Counted from the first letter of the stretch, positions 8,868-18,049 are shown. The stretch is DNA of 32,000 nucleotides from Aciduliprofundum boonei T469 (GCF_000025665.1 NC_013926.1:1230001-1262000), one strand, 5' to 3'. Notes: a model not told the origin generated them from the sequence alone. Made by a program: numbers and translations.

Positions 8868-9285
8868 AGAATTCAAAGAGGAGGATCTTTACGAAGTACT
8901 CAACATAGCAAATGAATCTTTAACAGAGAGCTATGCTCCTGAACTTTTCTTGGACATTCATCGTCTCTGGCCGAGAGGATTTTTAGTTGCAGTTGCCAGG
9001 GACATCATAGGATTTATTGCAGGAAGCAAGCAAAACAGAGAGGCAAGAATCCTTCTTCTTGCAGTAAAAGGCATATATAGAGGAAAAGGCATTGGAAGTG
9101 CATTGATGAGAAGATTTATGAGTTTATCCAAGTCTGAAGGTATATTATCCGTGAGATTAGAAGTGAGAACTACAAATTTTAAAGCTATAGAATTTTACAA
9201 AAAGTTCGGGTTTAACATAATTTCCTATGTCCCAAATTATTACACAAATGGAGATGCTGCTTATATAATGTGGAGAGAGATATAA
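8854..9285 (+). CDS. GNAT N-acetyltransferase, RimI/Ard1-like (protein N-terminal acetyltransferase type)
   Basis: LLAVKGIYRGKGIGSALM (acetyl-CoA binding), LEVRTTNFKAIEFYKKFGF and YYTNGDAAYIMWR resemble archaeal Ard1/RimI. The gene overlaps the hutI 3' end by 14 nt. Confidence 0.85.
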   Translation: MYFIREFKEEDLYEVLNIANESLTESYAPELFLDIHRLWPRGFLVAVARDIIGFIAGSKQNREARILLLAVKGIYRGKGIGSALMRRFMSLSKSEGILSVRLEVRTTNFKAIEFYKKFGFNIISYVPNYYTNGDAAYIMWREI

Positions 9286-9291
9286 AAAATT

Positions 9292-10488
9292 TTAGAATAC
9301 ATTAACCTCTCCATTCACAAGCATCTCTGTTATCTTGTGTATATTCGCTAGCCATTCATCTGCAATATTTCTGAACTCTTCATTGTATCTTGCTATATTA
9401 ACTCCTTCAGCCGGTATAACCTGTATACTTGCAACCTGTGGCTCATCAACTGGCTTTCCTATCTGAGAAACTATGCGCACATGCACCTCTTTTACATCTC
9501 CTTCTGCCGCTTTTGCCACATCCTCTGCAATCTTAAAGGCGAGTATGTTATAGAGTTTGCCCACATGCGTAACTGGATTCTTGCCTGCGGAAGCTTCCAT
9601 ACTCATGGGTCTGTAAGGTGTGATTAATCCATTTACTCTGTTTCCTCTTCCCACGCTTCCATCATCACCGTTCTCCATACTCAACCCTGTAACTGTGAGA
9701 TAGAATACTCCCTCATTCACAAGGTCTCCTGTATTTATGAAGAAATTAACCTCCTTATCAGTGAATTTTGCAGCGTAGTCAGTTAGCAAATCTCGTAGTT
9801 CATCCTTCACATTCAAATAATGGTCCTTATCCGGAGTATGCTTTCCAACGAATGCTGCTGCTACAGTAATATTTATCTTATCTTTATTCCTAAAACCCAT
9901 TACCTTTATATCCTCGCCGATCTCTGGCAATTTATCTTTAAGAGGACCATTTATATATCTCTCCGTTTCATACACGACCTTCTCCAAATCACTCATAGGT
10001 GCATAGCCAACGCCAAAGGATGTATCATTTGCAAGATACTTTTGTGTGTCATATAGACCTCTCAAATCAACAGAGCCCTGGCCAATCATACAGTCAATGA
10101 TCACATCTTCCTCTATATCCAAGTGTCTATAATGCTTCTTTAGAAAATCGGCAGCAGCTCTCTTTGCTATTGTCCTGTAGGGAATTCTCTCACCATTAAC
10201 GGTTGTAGTAGCTCTACCAGATAGAAGAATGTAAACAGGCTCTAAAACTTGGCCGCCTCCAAATTTTGGCTTAGCTTGCCCACCCACAATTTCCATTTGA
10301 TCTGTATTGTGATGCAAGATTCTTCCATAATGCTCCAAATAGTATTTAGATAAAGCCCTGCTCACACTTTCTGCAATACCATCAGCCACACTGTCAGGAT
10401 GCCCTATTCCCTTTCTCTCAACAATCTCCACATCTCTCTCTTCCACAGGTGTGGCAATGATGTCCTCAACTACTATGTTTCTTGTCAT
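9292..10488 (-). CDS. mat: S-adenosylmethionine synthetase, archaeal type
   Basis: 398 aa. [17 protein letters not shown]...HHNTDQ.EIVGGQA...[18 protein letters not shown] is characteristic of the archaeal MAT family, which is distinct from bacterial MetK. Confidence 0.95.
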   Translation of the reverse strand: MTRNIVVEDIIATPVEERDVEIVERKGIGHPDSVADGIAESVSRALSKYYLEHYGRILHHNTDQMEIVGGQAKPKFGGGQVLEPVYILLSGRATTTVNGERIPYRTIAKRAAADFLKKHYRHLDIEEDVIIDCMIGQGSVDLRGLYDTQKYLANDTSFGVGYAPMSDLEKVVYETERYINGPLKDKLPEIGEDIKVMGFRNKDKINITVAAAFVGKHTPDKDHYLNVKDELRDLLTDYAAKFTDKEVNFFINTGDLVNEGVFYLTVTGLSMENGDDGSVGRGNRVNGLITPYRPMSMEASAGKNPVTHVGKLYNILAFKIAEDVAKAAEGDVKEVHVRIVSQIGKPVDEPQVASIQVIPAEGVNIARYNEEFRNIADEWLANIHKITEMLVNGEVNVF

Positions 10489-10537
10489 AAATCTGAGTAT
10501 CTTTAATGATACTAAAAATTTTTTGTAGTTAATAGAG

Positions 10538-11536
10538 CTACATTTTGAAAATTAGCATTGCATCTCCAAAACTGTAAAATCTATATTTTTTCTCTATTGC
10601 AATGCGATATGCTTTCATAATCCTCTCATATCCACCAAAAGCTGTTACGAGGAGAATCAAAGAGGACCTTGGCACATGAAAATTTGTGATTAGAGCATCT
10701 ATGCCCGATTGAAATTTGTAGCCAGGATATATGAAAATGATTGTATAGCCACGCGAGGGGTATATAATTCCATTTTTTGATGAACTCTCCAATGCACGGG
10801 TAACTGTTGTGCCAACCGCAAATAATCTTCCTTCTCTCTCGTTTATAAGTTTAGCCACTTCCTCCCCAACAATGTAATACTCCTCATCTACCCTATGCTC
10901 CCTTATGTCCTCCGTTTTTACAGGCTTGAATGTACCATAGCTAACATGCAGGGTTATATACCCTATTTTCACCCCTTTTTTCTCAATTTCTTTAAGCAAC
11001 TGCGGAGTGAAATGCAATCCAGCTGTGGGAGCTGCGACTGCGCCCTCTCTTCTTGCAAAAACTGTTTGATATTTTTCCTCAGCATCAGTAGGAGGATTTT
11101 TTATGTATGGAGGTAAAGGAACCTCGCCTCTTCTTCGTGCGAGATCCATAATATCTCCACTGAACTCTATATCACAAATCCCCTCATTTTTCTCTCTAAC
11201 CACTCCTTTTATATCCTCAAATATTAGAACAGAGCCGGGATGTATTTTCTTACCTTTAACCAAGCATCTGTAATAATTCTCACCCAATTTCTCTAAAATT
11301 AGAATTTCAACCTTACCCCCTGTGTCTTTTATTCCCCGAATTCTCGCCTTTATTACCTTTGTGTCGTTCAAAATTAAAACATCTCCCTTATCCATATACT
11401 CTGGCAAATTATAGAAATAGCGATGCTCTATGCCTTTACGAAGAACCATTAATCTAGCGTGGTCTCTTGGCTCCACAGGCTCTTGAGCGATTAGCTCCTC
11501 AGGCAATTCAAAGTCGTAATTTCTGAGCGAATACAT
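10538..11536 (-). CDS. queA: S-adenosylmethionine:tRNA ribosyltransferase-isomerase (QueA)
   Basis: The protein is collinear with E. coli QueA. Shared blocks include [94 protein letters not shown] and [14 protein letters not shown]. The start was chosen at MYSLRNY (11536). The track start at 11557 lies inside the TATA-like box. Confidence 0.93.
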   Translation of the reverse strand: MYSLRNYDFELPEELIAQEPVEPRDHARLMVLRKGIEHRYFYNLPEYMDKGDVLILNDTKVIKARIRGIKDTGGKVEILILEKLGENYYRCLVKGKKIHPGSVLIFEDIKGVVREKNEGICDIEFSGDIMDLARRRGEVPLPPYIKNPPTDAEEKYQTVFARREGAVAAPTAGLHFTPQLLKEIEKKGVKIGYITLHVSYGTFKPVKTEDIREHRVDEEYYIVGEEVAKLINEREGRLFAVGTTVTRALESSSKNGIIYPSRGYTIIFIYPGYKFQSGIDALITNFHVPRSSLILLVTAFGGYERIMKAYRIAIEKKYRFYSFGDAMLIFKM

Positions 11537-11556
11537 CGTGCCTACATTTCGCACCA

Positions 11557-11592
11557 CTTAAATTAATTTTTGGAACAATTTTAAATAATTTC
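11557..11592. promoter_or_regulatory. Divergent promoter region with TATA-like boxes for queA (11557-11571, minus strand) and the HhH-GPD gene (11578-11592)
   Basis: AAAAATTAATTTAAG (minus strand) is centred about 27 nt from the ATG at 11536. AATTTTAAATAATTT is centred about 24 nt from the GTG at 11609. Confidence 0.4.
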
Positions 11593-11608
11593 TCACCCTT
11601 TTATTTCT

Positions 11609-12268
11609 GTGAAGAAAGAAGTGCTTAGGGCCCTTACAGAGAAATACGGGAAGAGATATTCGGATTTGTTTCATATAAATTTGAGAGAAGAGCCGTTTAA
11701 ATGGTTTCTCCTAGCCACTCTTTTTGGAGCAAGGATAAGCGAGAATATTGCCCTTCGCACCTACAAAATGTTTGAAACATACAATGTCGCTTCTCCTGAG
11801 CGTATTATTGAGGAGGGCTGGGATTCCTTGGTTGCAATTCTTGATTCTGGGGGCTATACTAGATACGATTTCAAAACAGCAGATAAGCTTTTAGAGCTTG
11901 CAAGGAATTTGAGCAAGGAAAATTTGAATGAAATACATAGAAATGCCAAAGATTTTAAAGATCTCGTATTAAGATTGAAATCACTGGCAAAGGGAATAGG
12001 AGACACCACTGTGGGCATATTTTTGAGAGAGATAATAGGAATTTGGGATAAAGCAAGGCCCTATCCCACGCCCCTTGCAAGATTAGCCGCTAAGAATCTG
12101 GGCATTGGAGATGTTGAAGATTATTGGAAAGAGAATTTAGAAGATTTAGACTATGCAAAATTTGAGTCAATGCTAGCTAAGATAGGAAAATTATGCAGGC
12201 GAGGAAAATGCTCTCATTGCCCTGCTAGAGAGATTTGCGAAAATAGGTTTAGCAAAGGTGTTAAATAG
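11609..12268 (+). CDS. HhH-GPD superfamily (endonuclease III-like) DNA glycosylase homolog with a C-terminal Fe-S cluster loop
   Basis: There is an HhH motif (LAKGIGDTTVGIFLREI), an Nth-like N-terminal helix (PFKWFLLATLFGARIS) and a C-terminal CRRGKCSHCPAREIC (C-X4-C-X2-C-X5-C). The gene uses a GTG start. Confidence 0.6.
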   Translation: MKKEVLRALTEKYGKRYSDLFHINLREEPFKWFLLATLFGARISENIALRTYKMFETYNVASPERIIEEGWDSLVAILDSGGYTRYDFKTADKLLELARNLSKENLNEIHRNAKDFKDLVLRLKSLAKGIGDTTVGIFLREIIGIWDKARPYPTPLARLAAKNLGIGDVEDYWKENLEDLDYAKFESMLAKIGKLCRRGKCSHCPAREICENRFSKGVK

Positions 12269-12289
12269 AATGATTTGGATAAGTATCCT

Positions 12290-13573
12290 ATGAAAATAGG
12301 AAAATTATCTGCCGTGCTTACTTTGATTATAATCGCAGTCATTATAGGTGCATTTGTATTTCAAGTGCTTATTGCTCCAAAGGAGAATTATATTTCTACT
12401 CCAAATATAAACTTGCAACCGCAGAACCTCAATTTAAGTTGGAATGATAGAGGGGTGAATGAGGAGAATCTAAGAAATGTTGCCCTTGCATCTGGTAATT
12501 TTGGATTAGCTCTCTTCTCCCAAATATTTAATGTGAGCAATAACACTGTGATTTCGCCCCTTAGCATTTGGCTCGCATTAGCGATGCTCTATGAAGGAGC
12601 AAGGGGAAACACCGCGGAAGAAATGAGAAATGTGATGTATCTTCCGAGGAATAGGACAATATTGGAGGAAAATATACATTGGTTTCTTGAGAATTTTGAA
12701 AATCACACAGAAAATTATACACTAAGCATTGCAAACGCGCTATGGGCTCAAGAAGGTTTGGATATAAATAAGGACTATGTGCAAATTCTACAAGATTATT
12801 ACAATGCTTATTTTCAATACTTGAATTTTAGAAATGCAGAAAAAGCCAGGAACATAATAAATTCTTGGGTCGAGAATTACACAAATGGAAAGATAAAGAA
12901 TCTACTTCCTCAGGGAAGCATAACCCCAGAAACTATTGCCGTGTTAACCAATGCCATCTATTTCCGTGCCATCTGGAGGTACATATTCAGGGAGTGGGAA
13001 ATAAGTTCAGGGTCCTTTTACACATCCAAGGGTAAGGTTACAGTGGATATGATGCATATGTACCAGAATCTCCGATATACAGAGGATAAGGATGCTCAGA
13101 TTTTAGAGCTACCATACAGAAACTGTAGTCTATCTATGCTCATTGTGCTACCAAAGCATGGGGCTTTAAATATTAACATTGATAAGATTATAGCTTGGAG
13201 GCAGAGCTTGAAATATGTAGATGCAAATCTCTCACTACCTAAATTTGAGCTTCATGCAAACTACAAACTTAAGAAACCCCTAGAAAGGATGGGTCTAAAG
13301 AGCGTGTTTACCTCTTCTGCAGATTTAACTGGTATTTTCCCATACAGAGGAATATATGCAGAAGATGTTTATCACAAGACCTATATTTCTGTTAATGAGA
13401 ATGGCACTGAAGCGGCTGCTGCAACTGCAATTCCTCAGTCATCAGCGGCTTCGCCTTTTCCTATGAAAAGAGTAGATTTCAATGCCAATCACCCATTCTT
13501 CTTCACAATTCAAGATAGAGAAACGGGAGCCATATTCTTTATGGGCTGGGTAGCAAATCCAATAGTTGAATAA
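12290..13573 (+). CDS. Serpin (serine protease inhibitor) with an N-terminal signal-anchor helix
   Basis: ISPLSIWLALAMLYEGARGNTAEEM, the hinge/RCL sequence NENGTEAAAATAIPQSSAASPF and the C-terminal FNANHPFFFTIQDRETGAIFFMGWVANP are serpin hallmarks. The N-terminus KLSAVLTLIIIAVIIGAFVFQVLIA is a TM segment. The start was chosen at the ATG at 12290; the track start at 12275 is a TTG. A TATA-like TTAAATAG is centred about 25 nt upstream. Confidence 0.9.
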   Translation: MKIGKLSAVLTLIIIAVIIGAFVFQVLIAPKENYISTPNINLQPQNLNLSWNDRGVNEENLRNVALASGNFGLALFSQIFNVSNNTVISPLSIWLALAMLYEGARGNTAEEMRNVMYLPRNRTILEENIHWFLENFENHTENYTLSIANALWAQEGLDINKDYVQILQDYYNAYFQYLNFRNAEKARNIINSWVENYTNGKIKNLLPQGSITPETIAVLTNAIYFRAIWRYIFREWEISSGSFYTSKGKVTVDMMHMYQNLRYTEDKDAQILELPYRNCSLSMLIVLPKHGALNINIDKIIAWRQSLKYVDANLSLPKFELHANYKLKKPLERMGLKSVFTSSADLTGIFPYRGIYAEDVYHKTYISVNENGTEAAAATAIPQSSAASPFPMKRVDFNANHPFFFTIQDRETGAIFFMGWVANPIVE

Positions 13574-13605
13574 AAAATTAATAAGGCATAACGCGATGTT
13601 CACCT

Positions 13606-14040
13606 ATGAGCATGGTGGATATAAGCGAGAAAAAGAATGTACTTCGCATAGCTAAGGCAAAGGGAACGCTCGTGCTAAAGAGTACAACGGTTGATGCCAT
13701 AAAAAGAGGAGAGATAAAAAAGGGAGATGTTTTTGAAACTGCCAAGGTTGCAGGAATGCTGGCTGTGAAAAACACGCCCAGAATAATCCCTCATTGCCAC
13801 CCAATTCCTGTGGAGTTTATAGATTTCAATTTCAGAGTTTATGGAAACAGAATTGATGTAGAATGCGAGGTTAAGGCGCATTATAAAACGGGCGTGGAGA
13901 TGGAAGCTTTAACAGGAGTGAGTGTTGCCTTGCTCACAATTTGGGATATGGTAAAATACTTAGAGAAGGATGAGAATGGGCAGTACCCAATGACCCAAAT
14001 TCTCGGTATAGAAGTTGTTGAGAAAAGAAAGGAGGAATAA
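13606..14040 (+). CDS. moaC: Cyclic pyranopterin monophosphate synthase accessory protein MoaC
   Basis: MVDISEK...AKVAGMLAVKNT..IIPHCHPIP...EALTGVSVALLTIWDMVK are MoaC signature blocks. Confidence 0.93.
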   Translation: MSMVDISEKKNVLRIAKAKGTLVLKSTTVDAIKRGEIKKGDVFETAKVAGMLAVKNTPRIIPHCHPIPVEFIDFNFRVYGNRIDVECEVKAHYKTGVEMEALTGVSVALLTIWDMVKYLEKDENGQYPMTQILGIEVVEKRKEE

Positions 14041-14042
14041 AG

Positions 14043-14543
14043 ATGGGAGTAAAGGAGCATAAAAAACATAATTACACATTGAAAATAGGCGTTATAACTG
14101 TGAGTTCCACAAGAACCAAAGATACGGATGAATCCGGAAAGATAATTATGGAAGCCATAGAGAAAAATGGACACAAAATTTGCGGCTATGATGTTGTTAA
14201 AGATTTAAAATTAGACATTCTACGGGGATTATTCCATTTATTACAAAACTGTGATGTAGTTATCCTTAATGGTGGCACGGGGATAAGCTCCAGGGATGTG
14301 ACTGCAGAAACAATAAAAGCAATTTTAGACAAGGAGCTTGTGGGCTTTGGCGAAATTTTCAGGCTAAAGAGCTATGAGGAGATAGGCACAGCAGCCATGA
14401 TGTCCCGCGCTATTGGTGGAGTATGCTGTGAAAAATTAATATTCTCAATTCCAGGCTCGAAGGGGGCAGCAAAAACTGGATGTGATGTGATATTCAGCGA
14501 GATAAATCATATGTGGTACGAGCTTAACAAGGAGAAAAAATGA
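14043..14543 (+). CDS. moaB: Molybdenum cofactor biosynthesis protein B (MoaB/MogA family)
   Basis: IGVITVSSTRT...DESG and VVILNGGTGISSRDVTAE match the MoaB/MogA fold. An AGGAGG SD site lies within the moaC 3' end. Confidence 0.88.
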   Translation: MGVKEHKKHNYTLKIGVITVSSTRTKDTDESGKIIMEAIEKNGHKICGYDVVKDLKLDILRGLFHLLQNCDVVILNGGTGISSRDVTAETIKAILDKELVGFGEIFRLKSYEEIGTAAMMSRAIGGVCCEKLIFSIPGSKGAAKTGCDVIFSEINHMWYELNKEKK

Positions 14544-15157
14544 GAAAAATTTGGCTAATTTTGGCAAGCATACCTTTAATTCTAACTCCATTTACAGGAT
14601 TTACTTGGTGGAACTTCTCAATCTTCTCTCTTCTTATCTTTTTTCGTTCAAAAATTGAGAGATGGTACGAGGGAATTGCCTTACCTTCTTGGGCAAAATT
14701 TATACTTTTCTTTATCATCTTCGGATACATAACTGAGATTTTTGCAATAATAGATAATATGCCAAAGCCACCTACTGAGCGTGCTTTATTCAGTCCATAT
14801 CCCCTTACGGATCTATATCTTGCGTTTGGATACTATCTTGCTTTTGCCATAGTTTGGTATATTATCTTGAGAACTTTCAAATTCAAATACTGGGAAGTAT
14901 TCATAATAGGTGGCTCATTTGGAATTCTATTCGAGCAAAGTGGGAAAATTCTTCTATCATTCAACTTCCTTGCTTGGCTCTATGTATTCTTAGTCTACGG
15001 CTCTTTCCAAGCCAGCGTGCCTGCTATAGCCGAGAATAACTTGGGAAAAAGAGACATTTCAACATATAAAAAGATAATAATAGGAATAATTGCAGAAATT
15101 CTGGCATTTATACTTGCAGTGGCCCTTCTCTGGATTTTAGAATTACCAATAAAATAA
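14540..15157 (+). CDS. Uncharacterised polytopic membrane protein (about 6 TM helices), translationally coupled to moaB
   Basis: 205 aa and strongly hydrophobic. It has an ATGA stop-start overlap with moaB at 14540-14543 and an AAGGAG SD at 14529-14534. I recognise no family. Confidence 0.5.
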   Translation: MRKIWLILASIPLILTPFTGFTWWNFSIFSLLIFFRSKIERWYEGIALPSWAKFILFFIIFGYITEIFAIIDNMPKPPTERALFSPYPLTDLYLAFGYYLAFAIVWYIILRTFKFKYWEVFIIGGSFGILFEQSGKILLSFNFLAWLYVFLVYGSFQASVPAIAENNLGKRDISTYKKIIIGIIAEILAFILAVALLWILELPIK

Positions 15158-15162
15158 AAAAA

Positions 15163-16578
15163 TTATTGGGAGAGGAAAACTTTGTAAGCGCGGTACGCAC
15201 TCCATACATCCATTTTGCTTGTTATCTCATAGGGTGAGTGCATACCTATAACTCCAGGTCCCATATCAACGACATCCATTCCATACTTTGCAAAGAATTT
15301 CGCTATGGTGCCACCGCCACCTTCATCCACTTTACCTAGCTCAGCCACTTGGTAAGGCACTTTATTCTTTTCATATAGGGCTCTTATCTCAGCCATGAAT
15401 TCCGCAGTGGCCTCGCTTGAACCGTACTTGCCTCCATGGCCCGTGTATTTGGATATGACAACACCATAGCCCGCTTTAGCTGCATTGGGGATATCATGCA
15501 CACTCTTGAAAATCGGGTTTATGGCTGCACTAACATCCGCGCTTATTGCCTTACTCTTATAGAGAATCTCAAGGAACTCTGCATGGGTGTAATCTGGCTT
15601 TATCATACTCAAAACTTTAGCGAAAACATATTCAAGGAAGTTACTTTGAGCACCGACATTTCCATCGCTACCGATTTCCTCCTTATCGTAGAAGAATGCT
15701 ATGCTCGTGTAGGTGGGGTTCTCAACCTCAAGAATGGCACGGAAAGATGTGTATGCGCATATTCTATCATCCTGTCCATAGGCACCAACCATACCGCGGT
15801 CAAAACCAACATCTCTGGGCTCTTCTGCAGGCACTATTTCCAAGTCGGCGGAATTGAAATCCTCCTCATTTATCCCATATTTCTCATTGAGGTATTTCAG
15901 CACATAGGTTTTTACCTTCTGCTTTACATCTTTATCATCTATTGGTATATTTCCAACTACAAGCTGGAGCTCTTCACCACGGATTCCATCAAATAACTTA
16001 CGCTCTCCTTGGACCTTTCTTGCAAGATGCGGCAAGAGATCAGGAATCACGAATACAGGATCTCCGGGATTATCGCCCACTCTTATATCTATCCTCTTTC
16101 CATTCTTGGTGTATACAACTCCGTGTATTGCCAGAGGCCTAGAAACCCACTGGTACTTCTTTATCCCTCCGTAATAATGGGTTTTGAGAAGAGCCAAAGA
16201 TGAATCAGAATCTTCCCATAGAGGGTTCGGTTTTATATCAATTCTTGGAGCATCAATATGCGAGACAACCAATCTGAATCCTTCAAGGGGCTTTTTACCT
16301 ATAACTCCAAGGGCAAGGGTTTTTTCTCTGTTCATTATATAAAACTTGTCTCCTGGAGCCAAGCTCTTCTTCTTGCTTATATCTTTGAATCCTTTCTTCT
16401 CAGCCAAAGATATCATAAATTTCACAGTTTCTCTCTCGGTTTTAACCTCTTTCAAAAACTCTTTGTAATCATCAGCAAATTTCATTGCATCTTTGATTTC
16501 CTTCTTTTTCAATGTGAGCCACATGCTCTCTTTCTTCATGCTTAATTTCTCTTCAATACTCTCCTTTTTCTTCGCCAT
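15163..16578 (-). CDS. M18-family aminopeptidase (aminopeptidase 1 / aspartyl aminopeptidase-like)
   Basis: 471 aa. VVSHIDAPRIDIKPNPL, LLKTHYYGGIKKYQW, DPVFVIPDLLPHL, YGQDDRICAYTS, EEIGSDG and MHSPYE are M18 blocks. A GAGGTGAT SD lies at 16582-16589 (minus strand). Confidence 0.85.
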   Translation of the reverse strand: MAKKKESIEEKLSMKKESMWLTLKKKEIKDAMKFADDYKEFLKEVKTERETVKFMISLAEKKGFKDISKKKSLAPGDKFYIMNREKTLALGVIGKKPLEGFRLVVSHIDAPRIDIKPNPLWEDSDSSLALLKTHYYGGIKKYQWVSRPLAIHGVVYTKNGKRIDIRVGDNPGDPVFVIPDLLPHLARKVQGERKLFDGIRGEELQLVVGNIPIDDKDVKQKVKTYVLKYLNEKYGINEEDFNSADLEIVPAEEPRDVGFDRGMVGAYGQDDRICAYTSFRAILEVENPTYTSIAFFYDKEEIGSDGNVGAQSNFLEYVFAKVLSMIKPDYTHAEFLEILYKSKAISADVSAAINPIFKSVHDIPNAAKAGYGVVISKYTGHGGKYGSSEATAEFMAEIRALYEKNKVPYQVAELGKVDEGGGGTIAKFFAKYGMDVVDMGPGVIGMHSPYEITSKMDVWSAYRAYKVFLSQ

Positions 16579-16635
16579 AATATCACCTCTATTGCGTGAG
16601 CATGCATTCGCTTAATTTAAAACTTTTGAATGTTT

Positions 16636-17451
16636 TTATTTTTCAACTTTTATGGCAGCATAGCCCACCACTTCATTCATAGGCTGTATATCTCCGCTTG
16701 TAGCATATTTTAAAAGAGTGGTCTTTCCTCCTATAGCTGTGAGCATAGCTGCCACGGGTCCATATCCGCACATGGTTATATTGTGTTTATAAATCACATC
16801 ATAAAGACCCTTTACATCCCCATTTACTATCCTCTCTATTGCCATATAATCGTTTGTGTACGCTTTATTCTTGGGCACATAGTGAGAGAAATCTGATGAA
16901 GCAATTATAACAACATCCTTATCTACAATTGCCTCTTTTATTATCTCTCCAACCTCTATCGCAATTTCATAATCCTGCAGCAGCATCGTTATCGGTACAA
17001 ATTTTATCTCCTTCTTGAAAAATTGCAAGAATGGAAGTTGTACTTCTATGCTATGCTCATATCTGTGTGCATAACCATCTATATCTATCACTCCCTTAGC
17101 TATGTCTTTTGCCAACTCCCTATCTACCTTCACTTTTCCAAAGGGAGTGAGAAAATCCTCCAATGCGATTGCAACTCCAGAGCCCACCCCATAATGGTTT
17201 GGACCTATAATTATAAAACTCTCTGGAAAACCATCCAAGGCGAGGGCATGATAAAAATGAGCTGCTACTGGACCCGAGAACATATAACCAGCATGTGGCA
17301 CTACCCCTCCTTTTATTTTTCTTTTCCCATCGGGTATCAAAGAGGGAACCGATCCAGGACCAATGGGATGGATAAAAAGTTCGTTTAGCATTATTTCTAA
17401 TTCCTTTCTCTCCGCTGGATAGAACTGCCCTGCAACTGCTGGGTACCTCAT
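16636..17451 (-). CDS. MEMO1-family protein (AmmeMemoRadiSam system protein B homolog, UPF0103)
   Basis: PAVAGQFYP...[17 protein letters not shown]...IIGPNH...SSDFSHY is the Memo-like signature. The gene overlaps the rps2 stop by 4 nt. Confidence 0.88.
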   Translation of the reverse strand: MRYPAVAGQFYPAERKELEIMLNELFIHPIGPGSVPSLIPDGKRKIKGGVVPHAGYMFSGPVAAHFYHALALDGFPESFIIIGPNHYGVGSGVAIALEDFLTPFGKVKVDRELAKDIAKGVIDIDGYAHRYEHSIEVQLPFLQFFKKEIKFVPITMLLQDYEIAIEVGEIIKEAIVDKDVVIIASSDFSHYVPKNKAYTNDYMAIERIVNGDVKGLYDVIYKHNITMCGYGPVAAMLTAIGGKTTLLKYATSGDIQPMNEVVGYAAIKVEK

Positions 17452-18047
17452 AGCGGTGCCTCAAAATCCTCTATAGTGTATTTATATTCCTCGTTGTTCT
17501 TTATTATTCCCTTTTCTTTAAGTATCTCTCTTGCAAGAAGCCAGTAAATTAGAGCGAGCGCCCTTCTGCCCTTATTATTTGTGGGTATTATTAAATCTAC
17601 ATAACTCGTGCGGTTATTAGCATCGCATAGAGCAATTATGGGTATCTTTGACTTAACTGCCTCCTTGAGAGCTTGAGTATCTGCAGCAGGGTCATTAATG
17701 AGTATAACCTTTGGCTCTATATAATTTGAAAGTTTTGGATTTGTGAGTGTACCTGGTATAAATCTTCCCGGCATCACTTTGGCTCCCCCGATCGCTTCAG
17801 CGAATTTTATTGATGGCTTCTGCCCGTACTGCCTTTGTGATACAACAAGGATGTCTGCAGGATCGTATCTTGCAAGGAACTTTGCTGCCATCCTTATCCT
17901 TTCATCCGTCTTTGTTATATCAAGCAGATAAAGTCCATCGTTTCTAACCTTGTAGATGAACTTCATCATATCCTTGTTTCTCACTTGCGTTCCTATATGC
18001 ACTCCTGCTGTGAAATATGTATTTTCATCCACCAGTAATTCTACCAT
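17448..18047 (-). CDS. rps2: 30S ribosomal protein S2 (uS2)
   Basis: AGVHIGT...[18 protein letters not shown] and LVVSQRQYG...FIPGTLTNP are archaeal uS2 blocks. The gene follows eno after a 2-nt gap. Confidence 0.95.
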   Translation of the reverse strand: MVELLVDENTYFTAGVHIGTQVRNKDMMKFIYKVRNDGLYLLDITKTDERIRMAAKFLARYDPADILVVSQRQYGQKPSIKFAEAIGGAKVMPGRFIPGTLTNPKLSNYIEPKVILINDPAADTQALKEAVKSKIPIIALCDANNRTSYVDLIIPTNNKGRRALALIYWLLAREILKEKGIIKNNEEYKYTIEDFEAPL

Positions 18048-18049
18048 TT

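Noticed and set aside
10495-10514. A short inverted repeat (AGTATC-N6-GATACT) between queA and the SAM synthetase start, considered as a possible SAM-responsive element
   Set aside because: It has only a 6-bp AT-rich stem in a 49-nt spacer, far too small for any known SAM riboswitch class. It may be a weak operator or terminator, but I cannot support that.
15436-16545. Plus-strand ORFs (186, 66, 64 and 95 aa) opposite the M18 aminopeptidase gene
   Set aside because: The minus-strand product matches the M18 family along its whole length. The plus-strand translations show no motifs and have an aberrant composition.
16594-16611. An imperfect palindrome GCGTGAGCATGCATTCGC between the TATA-like box and the SD site of the aminopeptidase gene
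   Set aside because: Only 6 of 9 positions pair, and it occurs once. It is possibly a regulator site but is not distinguishable from chance.
16636-17451. A possible AmmeMemoRadiSam three-gene system, given the Memo-like gene plus two radical SAM genes in the window
   Set aside because: No AMMECR1 gene is present. The radical SAM genes are more than 10 kb away and belong to other families (RlmN-like and COG1031-type). The Memo gene sits in the conserved eno-rps2 ribosomal context.
17023-17464. ORFs of 121 aa (plus strand) and 114 aa (minus strand, alternative frame) overlapping the Memo-family gene
   Set aside because: The Memo-family frame carries the conserved motifs. The alternative frames are W/R/S-rich with no signal of selection.
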